A stretch of DNA of 32,000 nt from Candidatus Saccharimonadota bacterium (lineage in GTDB: Bacteria; Pseudomonadota; Gammaproteobacteria; Enterobacterales; Enterobacteriaceae). The translations under genes and the position numbers were made by a program. The stretch is from the NCBI RefSeq assembly GCF_004296535.1, contig NZ_AP018159.1, positions 90,001 through 122,000 of the forward strand, read 5' to 3'. Of the stretch, positions 1 through 8,983 are shown piece by piece; positions within the stretch are counted from its first letter, which is position 1, and the number at the start of each line of letters is the position of its first letter. The notes under the pieces were generated by a model that worked only from the letters and a program-made list of their open reading frames with translations, did not search any database and was not told the DNA's origin.

Positions 1-1
1 T

Positions 2-1429
2 ATACCAATTACATTTTTTATAAATAAAAATAACAATGAGATTCATCCTAAAAGTTATCTATTTATAAAAAAAATTTCTAAAAAAATTAAAAAATATGGA
101 ATAGAATATTGGAATAATTTAAACATCAAAGATTTTTTAAAAAAAAAAGATTACAATTTATTTTATAAATCTAAAGATATTTTAGATGTTTGGTTTGATT
201 CTGGTTCTTCTTTAATATTTATGTCATCATTATATAAAAGAATGAAAAAATACAAAAGAGCAGATATATATTTAGAAGGTCAAGATCAATATAGGGGTTG
301 GTTTATGTCTTCTCTTTTAATAAATGCGGCTTTATTAAATAAAGAACCATATAAAACAGTTATAACTCATGGTTTTGTATTAGATAATTTAAATAAAAAA
401 ATGTCAAAATCATTAGGAAATGTTATAGATCCTAATATATTAATAAATAAATATGGAAGTGATGTTATAAGATTATGGATAGCGTCCTCCAATTATAATA
501 AAGATATAAAAATTTCTATAGAAACTTTAAATAGAGTATCAGATATATATAAAAAAATAAGAAACACATTAAGATTTTTAATATCTAATTTATATGATTT
601 TAATCCTAATATAAATTGTGTTAAATTTAATAATATGGTTAAAATAGATCAATGGATTATAAATAAACTATATTTTGTTCAAGAAAAAATTATGCATAAT
701 TATAATAATTATTTATTTAATAATGTTATAACTTTAATATCAAATTTTTGTATTATAAATTTAAGTTCTACATATTTTGAAATAATAAAAGATAGACAAT
801 ATATATTTAATAGTGATTCAAAATATAGAAGAAGTTCTCAAACAGCCATTTTTCATATATTAAAATCAATATCTATAATTATATCTCCAATATTATCATT
901 TATGTCTAATGAAATATACGACAATTTTATACCTAATAAAAAAAACAAATTAGTTTTTATTGAAAAATGGTATAAATTAAAAAGATTTAATAAAAATGAA
1001 AAATTTAATGAAGATTTTTGGAATATAATTTTTAATATAAAACATCAAATTAATATTATTTTAGAAGAAAAAATAAAAAAAAAGTATATACAAACATTTA
1101 TGGAAATGGATATTATATTATATATAATAAATAAAAAAAAATTTTTCAATAAAATAAATATTTTAAAAAATGAATTAAAATATATTTTTATAGTATCTCA
1201 TGTACTTTTAGTAAAATTAAAAAAAATTAATAATAATAATAATACTATTAATAATAATTTAAAATTCTCTAAAATAAATTTTATAAAAATAAAAACTTTT
1301 CACAATTTTTATAAAAAAAAATGTAATAGATGTTGGAATTTTTATAGAAAAAAATATATAAAAAATAAAATTTGTAAAAGATGTATAAATATAATTAATT
1401 ATAAAGAAGAAAAAAGATTTTTTGCATAA
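2..1429 (+). CDS. ileS: Isoleucine--tRNA ligase, C-terminal part (5' end outside window)
   Basis: Frame 2 is open from the window edge (IPITFFINKNNNEIHP...ILDVWFDSGSS), so the M at 221 in the ORF track is internal. It has a KMSKS loop (KKMSKSLGN) and a C-terminal CxxC...CxxC zinc knuckle (CNRCWN...CKRC) typical of bacterial IleRS. Confidence 0.95.
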   Translation: MPITFFINKNNNEIHPKSYLFIKKISKKIKKYGIEYWNNLNIKDFLKKKDYNLFYKSKDILDVWFDSGSSLIFMSSLYKRMKKYKRADIYLEGQDQYRGWFMSSLLINAALLNKEPYKTVITHGFVLDNLNKKMSKSLGNVIDPNILINKYGSDVIRLWIASSNYNKDIKISIETLNRVSDIYKKIRNTLRFLISNLYDFNPNINCVKFNNMVKIDQWIINKLYFVQEKIMHNYNNYLFNNVITLISNFCIINLSSTYFEIIKDRQYIFNSDSKYRRSSQTAIFHILKSISIIISPILSFMSNEIYDNFIPNKKNKLVFIEKWYKLKRFNKNEKFNEDFWNIIFNIKHQINIILEEKIKKKYIQTFMEMDIILYIINKKKFFNKINILKNELKYIFIVSHVLLVKLKKINNNNNTINNNLKFSKINFIKIKTFHNFYKKKCNRCWNFYRKKYIKNKICKRCINIINYKEEKRFFA

Positions 1430-1444
1430 ATTTTTTTTTAAAAA

Positions 1445-2218
1445 TTATATATATTTATGTAGGTTATAAAAATCATTTAATGAAAGTTTATTATGTCTAA
1501 AATTAGGGTCACAGATATTTTTTATTTTATCAAAATTAATAAATGATTTTAGACTATTTTTTATCATTTTTCTTTTTTTATTAAAAATTAAATTAAGTAA
1601 AAATTTAAATTTTAAAAAATTTATTTTTGATATATTTATATTAAATTTAGGAGTTAATTTTATAATAGAAGAATTTACTTTTGGTATTGGAAAAAACGAA
1701 TTTGGATATATTTTATAATTAATAATTTCTATATTAAAAAATATATTTATTATTACACTTAATTTTGAATTGAACCCATTTGAACATTTTAATTTTTCTG
1801 CAACTTCTTTTTGAATTATAAAATAAGCACTATCTATTATTTTATAATATTTGTTTAAATTTAATAAAATAGGTATTGATGAACAATAAGGTAAACTACC
1901 TATTATTTTTAATTTATAATTTTTGTTAATAAACATTAATTTAATTTTTTCAATATTTACATATCTAGCATCTCTATTTAAAATAAATATTTTTTTATAT
2001 TTTTTAAATTTTTTTAATAAAAAATTATATAAATTTTTATCAATTTCTAATAAAATTAAATTGTTTGTTTTTTTTACTAAAAAACTTGTTATATATCCAA
2101 ATCCAGCACCAATTTCTAAAATAATATTATTATTTTTTATATCTATTAAGTCTATAAAATATTTTATTAAATTATTATTTATTATAAAATGTTGTCCTAA
2201 TTTTTTTTTTATTATCAT
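1445..2218 (-). CDS. rsmA: 16S rRNA (adenine1518/1519-N6)-dimethyltransferase
   Basis: N-terminal KKKLGQHFIIN, SAM motif ILEIGAGFGYIT, GSLPY, QKEV and KRKMIKNSL match the KsgA/RsmA family. It sits next to surA as in the E. coli surA-pdxA-ksgA operon, with pdxA missing. Confidence 0.9.
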   Translation of the reverse strand: MIIKKKLGQHFIINNNLIKYFIDLIDIKNNNIILEIGAGFGYITSFLVKKTNNLILLEIDKNLYNFLLKKFKKYKKIFILNRDARYVNIEKIKLMFINKNYKLKIIGSLPYCSSIPILLNLNKYYKIIDSAYFIIQKEVAEKLKCSNGFNSKLSVIINIFFNIEIINYKIYPNSFFPIPKVNSSIIKLTPKFNINISKINFLKFKFLLNLIFNKKRKMIKNSLKSFINFDKIKNICDPNFRHNKLSLNDFYNLHKYI

Positions 2219-2228
2219 TTAAAATATT

Positions 2229-3494
2229 TTAAATATTTATTTTATAACATTTATCTAGAATTTTAATATAATTATTATTTATATAGTTATCTATCATTTT
2301 TTTTATTAAATACATTGATTTACTTTTTAATATATATTCTTTTATAAAATTATCTTTTAAATATTCATCATAATTATAATATTCATATTCTTTTAAATAT
2401 ATAAAACCCCATTTATTTTTATATTCAAAAAAGTCTGTACACTTATTTTTTTTTATATTTTCTAAATAAATTTTGAATTTTTTATTTTTGTTAAAATGAT
2501 ATAAAAAATATTTTTTACAAATAATATTTTTGTAATTTTCATACATGTTATTATTTTTATAATTATTTAATATTTTTTTTTTTATACCATTAATATAATT
2601 TAAATTATTATCACTATTAACTTTATCATTTATTTCGTTATTATAAAAATAATCAAATGTAAATAATTTTATTTTATTTTTATTATTTATTTTTTTAATA
2701 GAATTAATTTTAATAAAATAAATAAAATCTGATATATATATTGGACCTATTATATTTTTATTATTATTATAATTTTTATTAATATTTAATTTTAAAATAT
2801 ATGGTAAATTATTAAAATAACAATTAAAATTTTTTACTTCAATAATATTATTTTTTTTATTATATTTTATTTTTTTGTTATTATTGTCTTCTAAATTTTT
2901 TATTATTTTATATATATCAAATTTATTTTTATCAAAATTATTATTTTTTATTTTTATTAAATCTAAATTATATGTATTAAATATATCATTAATTATTAAA
3001 TTATTTTCTCTATTTTTTTTAAAATCTAATATATCATTTTTATTTATTAAATTTATATTATATATTTTGTTTTTTATTATTTTATTAATTAATATCTTTT
3101 TTTTAATAAAGTTTTTATATTCTTCTATTTTTAAATTATTTTTATTTATATAATGTAAAAATTCTTTTTTATTTAAACATAAATTTTTTGAAATATTATT
3201 TAAATATTTATCAATTTTTATATCTATATTATTTATAATAATATTATTTTTAAAAATATCTTTTATTATCTTATTTATTAAAATTTTATTTAAAATAATA
3301 TTTTTAAAACTTAGATTATTATCATTATTTAAACTTTCTAAAGATTCAATTTTACAATATGATTCTAAATCATTACTTAATATTAAATTATTATTTATTA
3401 CTGCAATTATTTTATCATTATATATAATATCATTTGCAAAAGATTCTTTTATAAAAAGAAAAACTAATAAAAAAAAATATATAATATTATTCAT
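2229..3494 (-). CDS. surA: Periplasmic chaperone SurA, highly diverged
   Basis: 421 aa, close to E. coli SurA at about 428 aa. It has a hydrophobic N-terminal signal-like segment (IIYFFLLVFLFIKESFA). The motif DKIIAVINNNLILSNDLES resembles the SurA N-terminus DKVAAVVNNGVVLESD. Its position immediately upstream of rsmA is conserved. The parvulin signatures are not recognisable by eye. Confidence 0.7.
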   Translation of the reverse strand: MNNIIYFFLLVFLFIKESFANDIIYNDKIIAVINNNLILSNDLESYCKIESLESLNNDNNLSFKNIILNKILINKIIKDIFKNNIIINNIDIKIDKYLNNISKNLCLNKKEFLHYINKNNLKIEEYKNFIKKKILINKIIKNKIYNINLINKNDILDFKKNRENNLIINDIFNTYNLDLIKIKNNNFDKNKFDIYKIIKNLEDNNNKKIKYNKKNNIIEVKNFNCYFNNLPYILKLNINKNYNNNKNIIGPIYISDFIYFIKINSIKKINNKNKIKLFTFDYFYNNEINDKVNSDNNLNYINGIKKKILNNYKNNNMYENYKNIICKKYFLYHFNKNKKFKIYLENIKKNKCTDFFEYKNKWGFIYLKEYEYYNYDEYLKDNFIKEYILKSKSMYLIKKMIDNYINNNYIKILDKCYKINI

Positions 3495-3515
3495 TTTAAA
3501 AAATAACTTGTAAAT

Positions 3516-4898
3516 TTATAAACCTGATATTTTAATATTATCAATCATTATAGATCCTGATTTTATTATACTTTTATTATTATAATCATTACTCATTAAT
3601 AAAATATTTTTAAATATTTGTAACAAATTACCAGATATTGTAATTTCATTTACAAATGTATCTATTATACCATTTTTAATTATAAACCCAGAAATTCCTT
3701 GAGAATAATCACCAGTAAAAATATTTAATCCTTCACCTATAATATTCGTTACTAATATTCCATTATACATTTCTTTAATTAAATCATCAAATAAAACTTT
3801 TTTATGTTTTATAATAAAAATCCAATTATATATTCCATTAGCATTTCCTGTATTAAATAATTTTAACATTTTAGACGAAAAACTATCTAATAAAAAATTT
3901 TTTAATATTCCATTTTTTATTATAAATTTTTTTTTTGTTTCTATTCCTTCCTTATCGAACGGACAAGATCCTATTTCTTCTAAAATATGAGGATCTTCTA
4001 TAATATTCATCCAACTTGGAAATATTTTCTTATTAAAATAATTTTTTAAATAACTTTTATTTAAATATATATTTTTACCATTTATAGATCTAGAAAAATC
4101 TAAAAATATATTTGAAACTATATTATTTTTTATAATTATTTTTGATATAGAACTTTTAATTTTTATATAATTTAATTCTAAAAAAGATTCTTTTACAATA
4201 TTAAAACCAAATTTATCTATTTTATTAATAATTTTTTTAGATCTTTCATTAATATAATCATATTTTTGTGTAATATTATATTTATTTTTAGATGATATTG
4301 TGCAATTTATATTATAATAACTTGAATAAAAATTATTTATAACATTATATGTATTTCCATATATAAAATTTTCATATAATTCATAAAATGTTACATCATC
4401 TACTTTAGTTATAGAATTATATTTTTTACTATAATCAATAATATTATTTTTAATATTTTGTATTATATTAAATTTATTTTTGTTATAAAAAATATCATCA
4501 AAATTTAACAAATTTAAATTTTTAGGATAAAAACACATTAAATGATAATCTGGTATATAAATATGATTATTATTAATTAAAGTGGTAAAACTAATATATT
4601 TATTTATCTCATTTTTTATATTTTCTATATTAAAATTGTAAGTTTTAATATTAATAAATTTGTTTTTAATATATAAAAAAATATTAATATAAGAATTATA
4701 TTTCTTATTTAAAAAAAAAACATTATTTTTTATTGAATATTCTAAACATATATTATATTTAATATTTATATATGAAAAATTTACTTTTTTAATAATAAAT
4801 ATATAATTTAAAATTTTTTTTAATAATTCTATATAAAATTTATTTTTTTTAAATAAATTATTTATTATATCAATTTCTGATTTATTTTTTAAATTCAT
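3516..4898 (-). CDS. pmbA: PmbA/TldE metalloprotease-family protein
   Basis: 460 aa. The segment CPFDKEGIETKKKFIIKNGILKNFLLDSFSSKMLKL..TGNA..IYNW, and the C-terminal ITISGNLLQIFKNILLMSNDYN...GSIMIDNIKISG, match the PmbA C-terminal half. There is no TldD-type HExxxH-like motif. Confidence 0.8.
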   Translation of the reverse strand: MNLKNKSEIDIINNLFKKNKFYIELLKKILNYIFIIKKVNFSYINIKYNICLEYSIKNNVFFLNKKYNSYINIFLYIKNKFINIKTYNFNIENIKNEINKYISFTTLINNNHIYIPDYHLMCFYPKNLNLLNFDDIFYNKNKFNIIQNIKNNIIDYSKKYNSITKVDDVTFYELYENFIYGNTYNVINNFYSSYYNINCTISSKNKYNITQKYDYINERSKKIINKIDKFGFNIVKESFLELNYIKIKSSISKIIIKNNIVSNIFLDFSRSINGKNIYLNKSYLKNYFNKKIFPSWMNIIEDPHILEEIGSCPFDKEGIETKKKFIIKNGILKNFLLDSFSSKMLKLFNTGNANGIYNWIFIIKHKKVLFDDLIKEMYNGILVTNIIGEGLNIFTGDYSQGISGFIIKNGIIDTFVNEITISGNLLQIFKNILLMSNDYNNKSIIKSGSIMIDNIKISGL

Positions 4899-4929
4899 CT
4901 TATTATATTATTTTATATTTTAAAAAAAA

Positions 4930-6603
4930 TTAACATTTATTTAAAATTTTAATTATATTATTTATTTTATACTGATTTAATATTAAATAATTATTTTTTT
5001 TTATTTTTTTTATATCAATATCATTAATTATTTTATTAAATCTATTAATATCAACAATATTTATACTAAATTTTTTAATACCTAAACTTATTAATAATTT
5101 TATATAATTTTTATTATCTAATATTTCTCCACATAAATATAACTCTTTCTTTAATCCAACAATATCTATAATTTTTTTAATAAAAATAATTATTGATGGA
5201 TAAATAGATTTATATGAAAAGAAATTTGCGTTTGATCTATCAAAAGCTAAAGTATGCCTAGTTAAGTCATTTAATCCTATAACAAAAAAATCTATATATT
5301 TTATTATTTTATTTAAAATCATAATTATAGATGGAGTTTCTATCATAATTCCTATTTTTATATTTTTATCAAACAAAATTTTATTTTTTATAAAATAAAG
5401 TTTTACTTTTTTAATTATTTTTTTTATTTCAATTACTTCTTCATATATAGATATCATTGGTAATAATATTCTTATATTTCCAAAGTAAGAAGCTCTTAAA
5501 ATAGCTTGTATTTGTATAGTTAATATATTTTTTAAATTAAAATAATTTATTTTTTTGTTTTTAAAAAATATTTCTTCTTCTTTATATATATTATTTTTAT
5601 TACATAAAAAATTATTTCTTAATATATCAAAAATTCTTATTGTTAAAGTATTATTTTTTAATATATTTAAAATTTTTTTATATTGATTAAATTGAAAATT
5701 TTCTTCATATATATTCTTATTATTAAATAAGAATTCACTTCTACATAACCCTATATCATAAATATTATATTTATATAATTTTTCAATATCGTAACTAGAG
5801 TTTATATTTATATAAAATTTTATATTTTTATTTAAAAAAATATTTTTTTTTATAAATTTATTTTTATTTTCTTTTTTTATTTTTTTTTTATATTTTAAGT
5901 TAAATTTATATATTTCTAAAGAATTAGGATTAATAAATAATTTATTATTTATTGCATCTAATATTATATAATCATTATTTTTAATAATATTATATATATT
6001 TTTTATTCCTACTATCATAGGTATTCTTAGAGATCTAGCAATTATACAAGAATGAGATATATAATTACCATTTTCTGATATTATTCCTAATATATTTTTA
6101 TTAATTTCTAATATATATGAAGGCAAAATATTTTTAGAAATTAATATTATATTATTATTATTAATTGATAATAATGTCTTTTTATTTATATTATTTATTA
6201 ATCTATTACAAATATCAATTATATAATCTGATTTATAAATATTATCTTTATTAAAGATATTATTTATTTTTTTTTTAATTACATAATATATTGAATATTC
6301 AGATGAATATAATTTTTTACAAATTGAATCTTTTATTTCGTTTATAATATTTTTATTTTTTAATATTAAAATTTCAGCTTTAAATATTTCATTATTATCA
6401 TTATTAAATACAATTTTTGCTCTTTTTTCTATATTTTCTAATTCATTAATAGTTAATTTATAAGATAATAAAAATTTATTTAATTCTATATCTATTTCTT
6501 TTTTAGATATTTTTTTTTCTTCAATAAAATTTTCTTTTTTAATTATAAAAGCTGATCCTTTACTTAAACCTTTAGAAACAATAATTCCATTATTTAATAT
6601 CAT
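4930..6603 (-). CDS. ptsI: PTS enzyme I (PEP-protein phosphotransferase)
   Basis: The phospho-His region [21 protein letters not shown] corresponds to E. coli [47 protein letters not shown] and LCGE are also present. It lies directly downstream of ptsH. Confidence 0.92.
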   Translation of the reverse strand: [557 protein letters not shown]

Positions 6604-6625
6604 ATAAAAATTAAAAAATTTATTA

Positions 6626-6892
6626 TTAATTTTCTTTATTAATTGATTCTAATAATTTTTCTAATAAATATATAGTTTCAATCTTATATTTATTATATAT
6701 AACAATAGTTATAATATCATTATTTATAATTTTTAATTTTTGTAATTCAAATAAATTTTTTCCGTTTGCAAAATAATTATATTTTAATATATATAAATTT
6801 AAATTAAAATTTTTACAAAAATTTACTATTTTAACCAATGGTCTTATGTGGAATCCTTGTTTTATATTTATTTTAATATTTTTTATATACAT
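6626..6892 (-). CDS. ptsH: Phosphocarrier protein HPr
   Basis: 88 aa. The active-site His context KQGFHIRPLVKIV corresponds to E. coli NGLHTRPAAQFV. It forms a ptsH-ptsI tandem. Confidence 0.9.
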   Translation of the reverse strand: MYIKNIKINIKQGFHIRPLVKIVNFCKNFNLNLYILKYNYFANGKNLFELQKLKIINNDIITIVIYNKYKIETIYLLEKLLESINKEN

Positions 6893-6994
6893 AAAATTAA
6901 ATACATATATTTTAATTATTTATATATAATTTATAATTAATTTATATAAAAAATAAGTTATATTTATAAATAAAAAAAATATTTTAGAAAAAAA

Positions 6995-8746
6995 ATGAAT
7001 AAAATAAAATTAAAAATTATTAGCTTAATTAAAAAAATTAATTATTTTAATTATAATTATAATATTTTAAATAAATCTATTATATCAGATAATGAATATG
7101 ATTTTTTATATAACAAATTAGAAATATTAAGTAAAAAATATCCAAATTTAATAAAAAATTATTATATAAATAATATTAATAACAATTTACATTTAACTTC
7201 TAATAGTCATAAACATATATTAAAAATGATATCTATTAAAAGCACATATTCAATAAAAAAAATATATAAATTTGAAGAAAATATTATAAAAAAAAATAAT
7301 ATTAAAATAAAAGAATATTGTTGTGAATTAAAATTAGATGGTATAGCTATAAATATTATATATAAAAATAATAATTTATATAAAATTTTAACAAGAGGCA
7401 ATGGTGAATATGGAGAAGATATCACAAAAAATAAATTTTTTATAAAAAATATTCCTGATAAAATAGTTTTTTTAAATTATAAAAGTCCAAGTTTAGTTGA
7501 AATAAGAGGAGAATTATGTATATCAAATTATAATTTTGATTTTATAAACAAAATTATTAAAGAAAAATATAATAAAATTTTTGTAAATAAAAGACATGCT
7601 GTATCAGGAATTATAAGAAATAAAATAAAAAATAAAATTTATTATAAATTATTAAATTTTATTGCACATGGTATTGGATATTGTTTTTTTTTAAATAAAA
7701 GTTTAAATAAATTTAAAAAACACAATAATCTTTTAAATTATATTAATAAATTAGGTTTTGAAACTGTTGAAAGAAAAATTTGTAAAACAATAAAAGAATC
7801 TATAAAATATATAAATTTTATAGAAGATAATTATAAATTTAATAAATATAAATACTTAATAGATGGTGTAATATTAAAAATAAATTCTATAAAATTACAA
7901 AACATATTAGGAAATTCAAGTAAATATCCAAATTGGTCTATAGCGTATAAATTCAATTCAACATATAAAGAAACAATATTAACAGATGTAACATTTAATA
8001 TAACTAAAAATGGAAATTTTATTCCAATAGGTAAAATAAAAAGTATAAATATATCAGGTATTAATATAAAAAAAATTTTTTTACATAATATAAAAAAAAT
8101 AAAAAGTTTGGATCTAATGATAGGTGATTATATATTAATATACTTATCAGGAAATTTAATACCAACTATAAAAAATGTAATAAAAGATAAAAGAAATAAT
8201 GAAATAAAAAATATATTTTATCCTAAAAATTGTTTATCATGTAATTATAAATTATCTTTATATAAAGATATATTAAAATGTAATAATTTTTTTTGTAAAT
8301 CTAAAATTAAATATAAAATAAGTCATTTTTTTTCTAAAAAATGCATATATATAAAATATTTAAATAAAAAAAATATATGTGAATTAATAGATGATAATTT
8401 TGTTAAAAATATTATAGATATATTTAAATTAGATTTAAATATATTAAACAAATATATTAAAAATAATAAAAAAGTAAATTCAATATATAAAACAATTAAT
8501 GGTAAAGTAAATATTAATATAAAAAATTTTTTATATGCATTAAATATAGAAAATATAGGAGAAAAAACATTAAGTATAATATGTAACAATATTAAAAAAT
8601 ATGAAGAATTATTTACATTAAATAATATTTATATTAAAGATTTAAATAAAAATCAATTAAAAAATATAAATATATTTTTTTCTAAAATAAAAAATATAAA
8701 TTTTATAAAAGAGATTACACAAAAATATATAAATATTATTTTTTAA
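6995..8746 (+). CDS. ligA: NAD-dependent DNA ligase, lacking the C-terminal BRCT region
   Basis: It has an adenylation KxDG motif (CELKLDGIAI), VEIRGEL, DGVILKINS and PNWSIAYKF, a four-Cys zinc finger (CLSCN...CNNFFC) and an HhH-like segment (IGEKTLS). It ends at 583 aa, directly before tRNA-Lys. Confidence 0.92.
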   Translation: MNKIKLKIISLIKKINYFNYNYNILNKSIISDNEYDFLYNKLEILSKKYPNLIKNYYINNINNNLHLTSNSHKHILKMISIKSTYSIKKIYKFEENIIKKNNIKIKEYCCELKLDGIAINIIYKNNNLYKILTRGNGEYGEDITKNKFFIKNIPDKIVFLNYKSPSLVEIRGELCISNYNFDFINKIIKEKYNKIFVNKRHAVSGIIRNKIKNKIYYKLLNFIAHGIGYCFFLNKSLNKFKKHNNLLNYINKLGFETVERKICKTIKESIKYINFIEDNYKFNKYKYLIDGVILKINSIKLQNILGNSSKYPNWSIAYKFNSTYKETILTDVTFNITKNGNFIPIGKIKSINISGINIKKIFLHNIKKIKSLDLMIGDYILIYLSGNLIPTIKNVIKDKRNNEIKNIFYPKNCLSCNYKLSLYKDILKCNNFFCKSKIKYKISHFFSKKCIYIKYLNKKNICELIDDNFVKNIIDIFKLDLNILNKYIKNNKKVNSIYKTINGKVNINIKNFLYALNIENIGEKTLSIICNNIKKYEELFTLNNIYIKDLNKNQLKNINIFFSKIKNINFIKEITQKYINIIF

Positions 8747-8752
8747 AAGAAA

Positions 8753-8825
8753 TGGGTCGTGCAGGACTCGAACCTGCGACCAATTGATTAAAAGTCAACT
8801 GCTCTACCTTCTGAGCTAACAACCC
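8753..8825 (-). tRNA. tRNA-Lys (anticodon UUU)
   Basis: The reverse complement GGGTTGTTAGCTCAGAAGGTAGAGCAGTTGACTTTTAATCAATTGGTCGCAGGTTCGAGTCCTGCACGACCCA folds as a cloverleaf and is near-identical to E. coli tRNA-Lys. No CCA is encoded. Confidence 0.95.
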
Positions 8826-8836
8826 TCTTTATATAG

Positions 8837-8908
8837 TAGGTAATATTGGACTTGAACCAATGACCCTCTCCTTGTAAAAGAGATGCTCTACCTCTGAGCT
8901 AATTACCT
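8837..8908 (-). tRNA. tRNA-Val (anticodon UAC)
   Basis: The reverse complement AGGTAATTAGCTCAGAGGTAGAGCATCTCTTTTACAAGGAGAGGGTCATTGGTTCAAGTCCAATATTACCTA has a 7-bp acceptor stem and anticodon loop TTTACAA. The Val-then-Lys order, divergent from gltX, mirrors E. coli valU..lysV/gltX. Confidence 0.93.
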
Positions 8909-8983
8909 AAATTTATAATTATATAGTATACTTTTAATATATAAAATGGTCAATATTATTTTAAATTAAAAAAAAAATATAAA

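Noticed and set aside
1923-2222. Eight antisense ORFs from the ORF track: 1923..2222 +, 2875..3153 +, 7207..7425 -, 8323..8589 -, 8956..9153 -, 13970..14218 +, 17906..18118 + and 18675..18983 -.
   Set aside because: Each lies wholly or largely antisense to a strongly supported conserved gene (rsmA, surA, ligA, gltX, dnaQ, murJ, mnmA). Each encodes only low-complexity F/I/L/K/S strings with no recognisable motif. They are the expected mirror frames of K/N/I-rich genes in AT-rich DNA.
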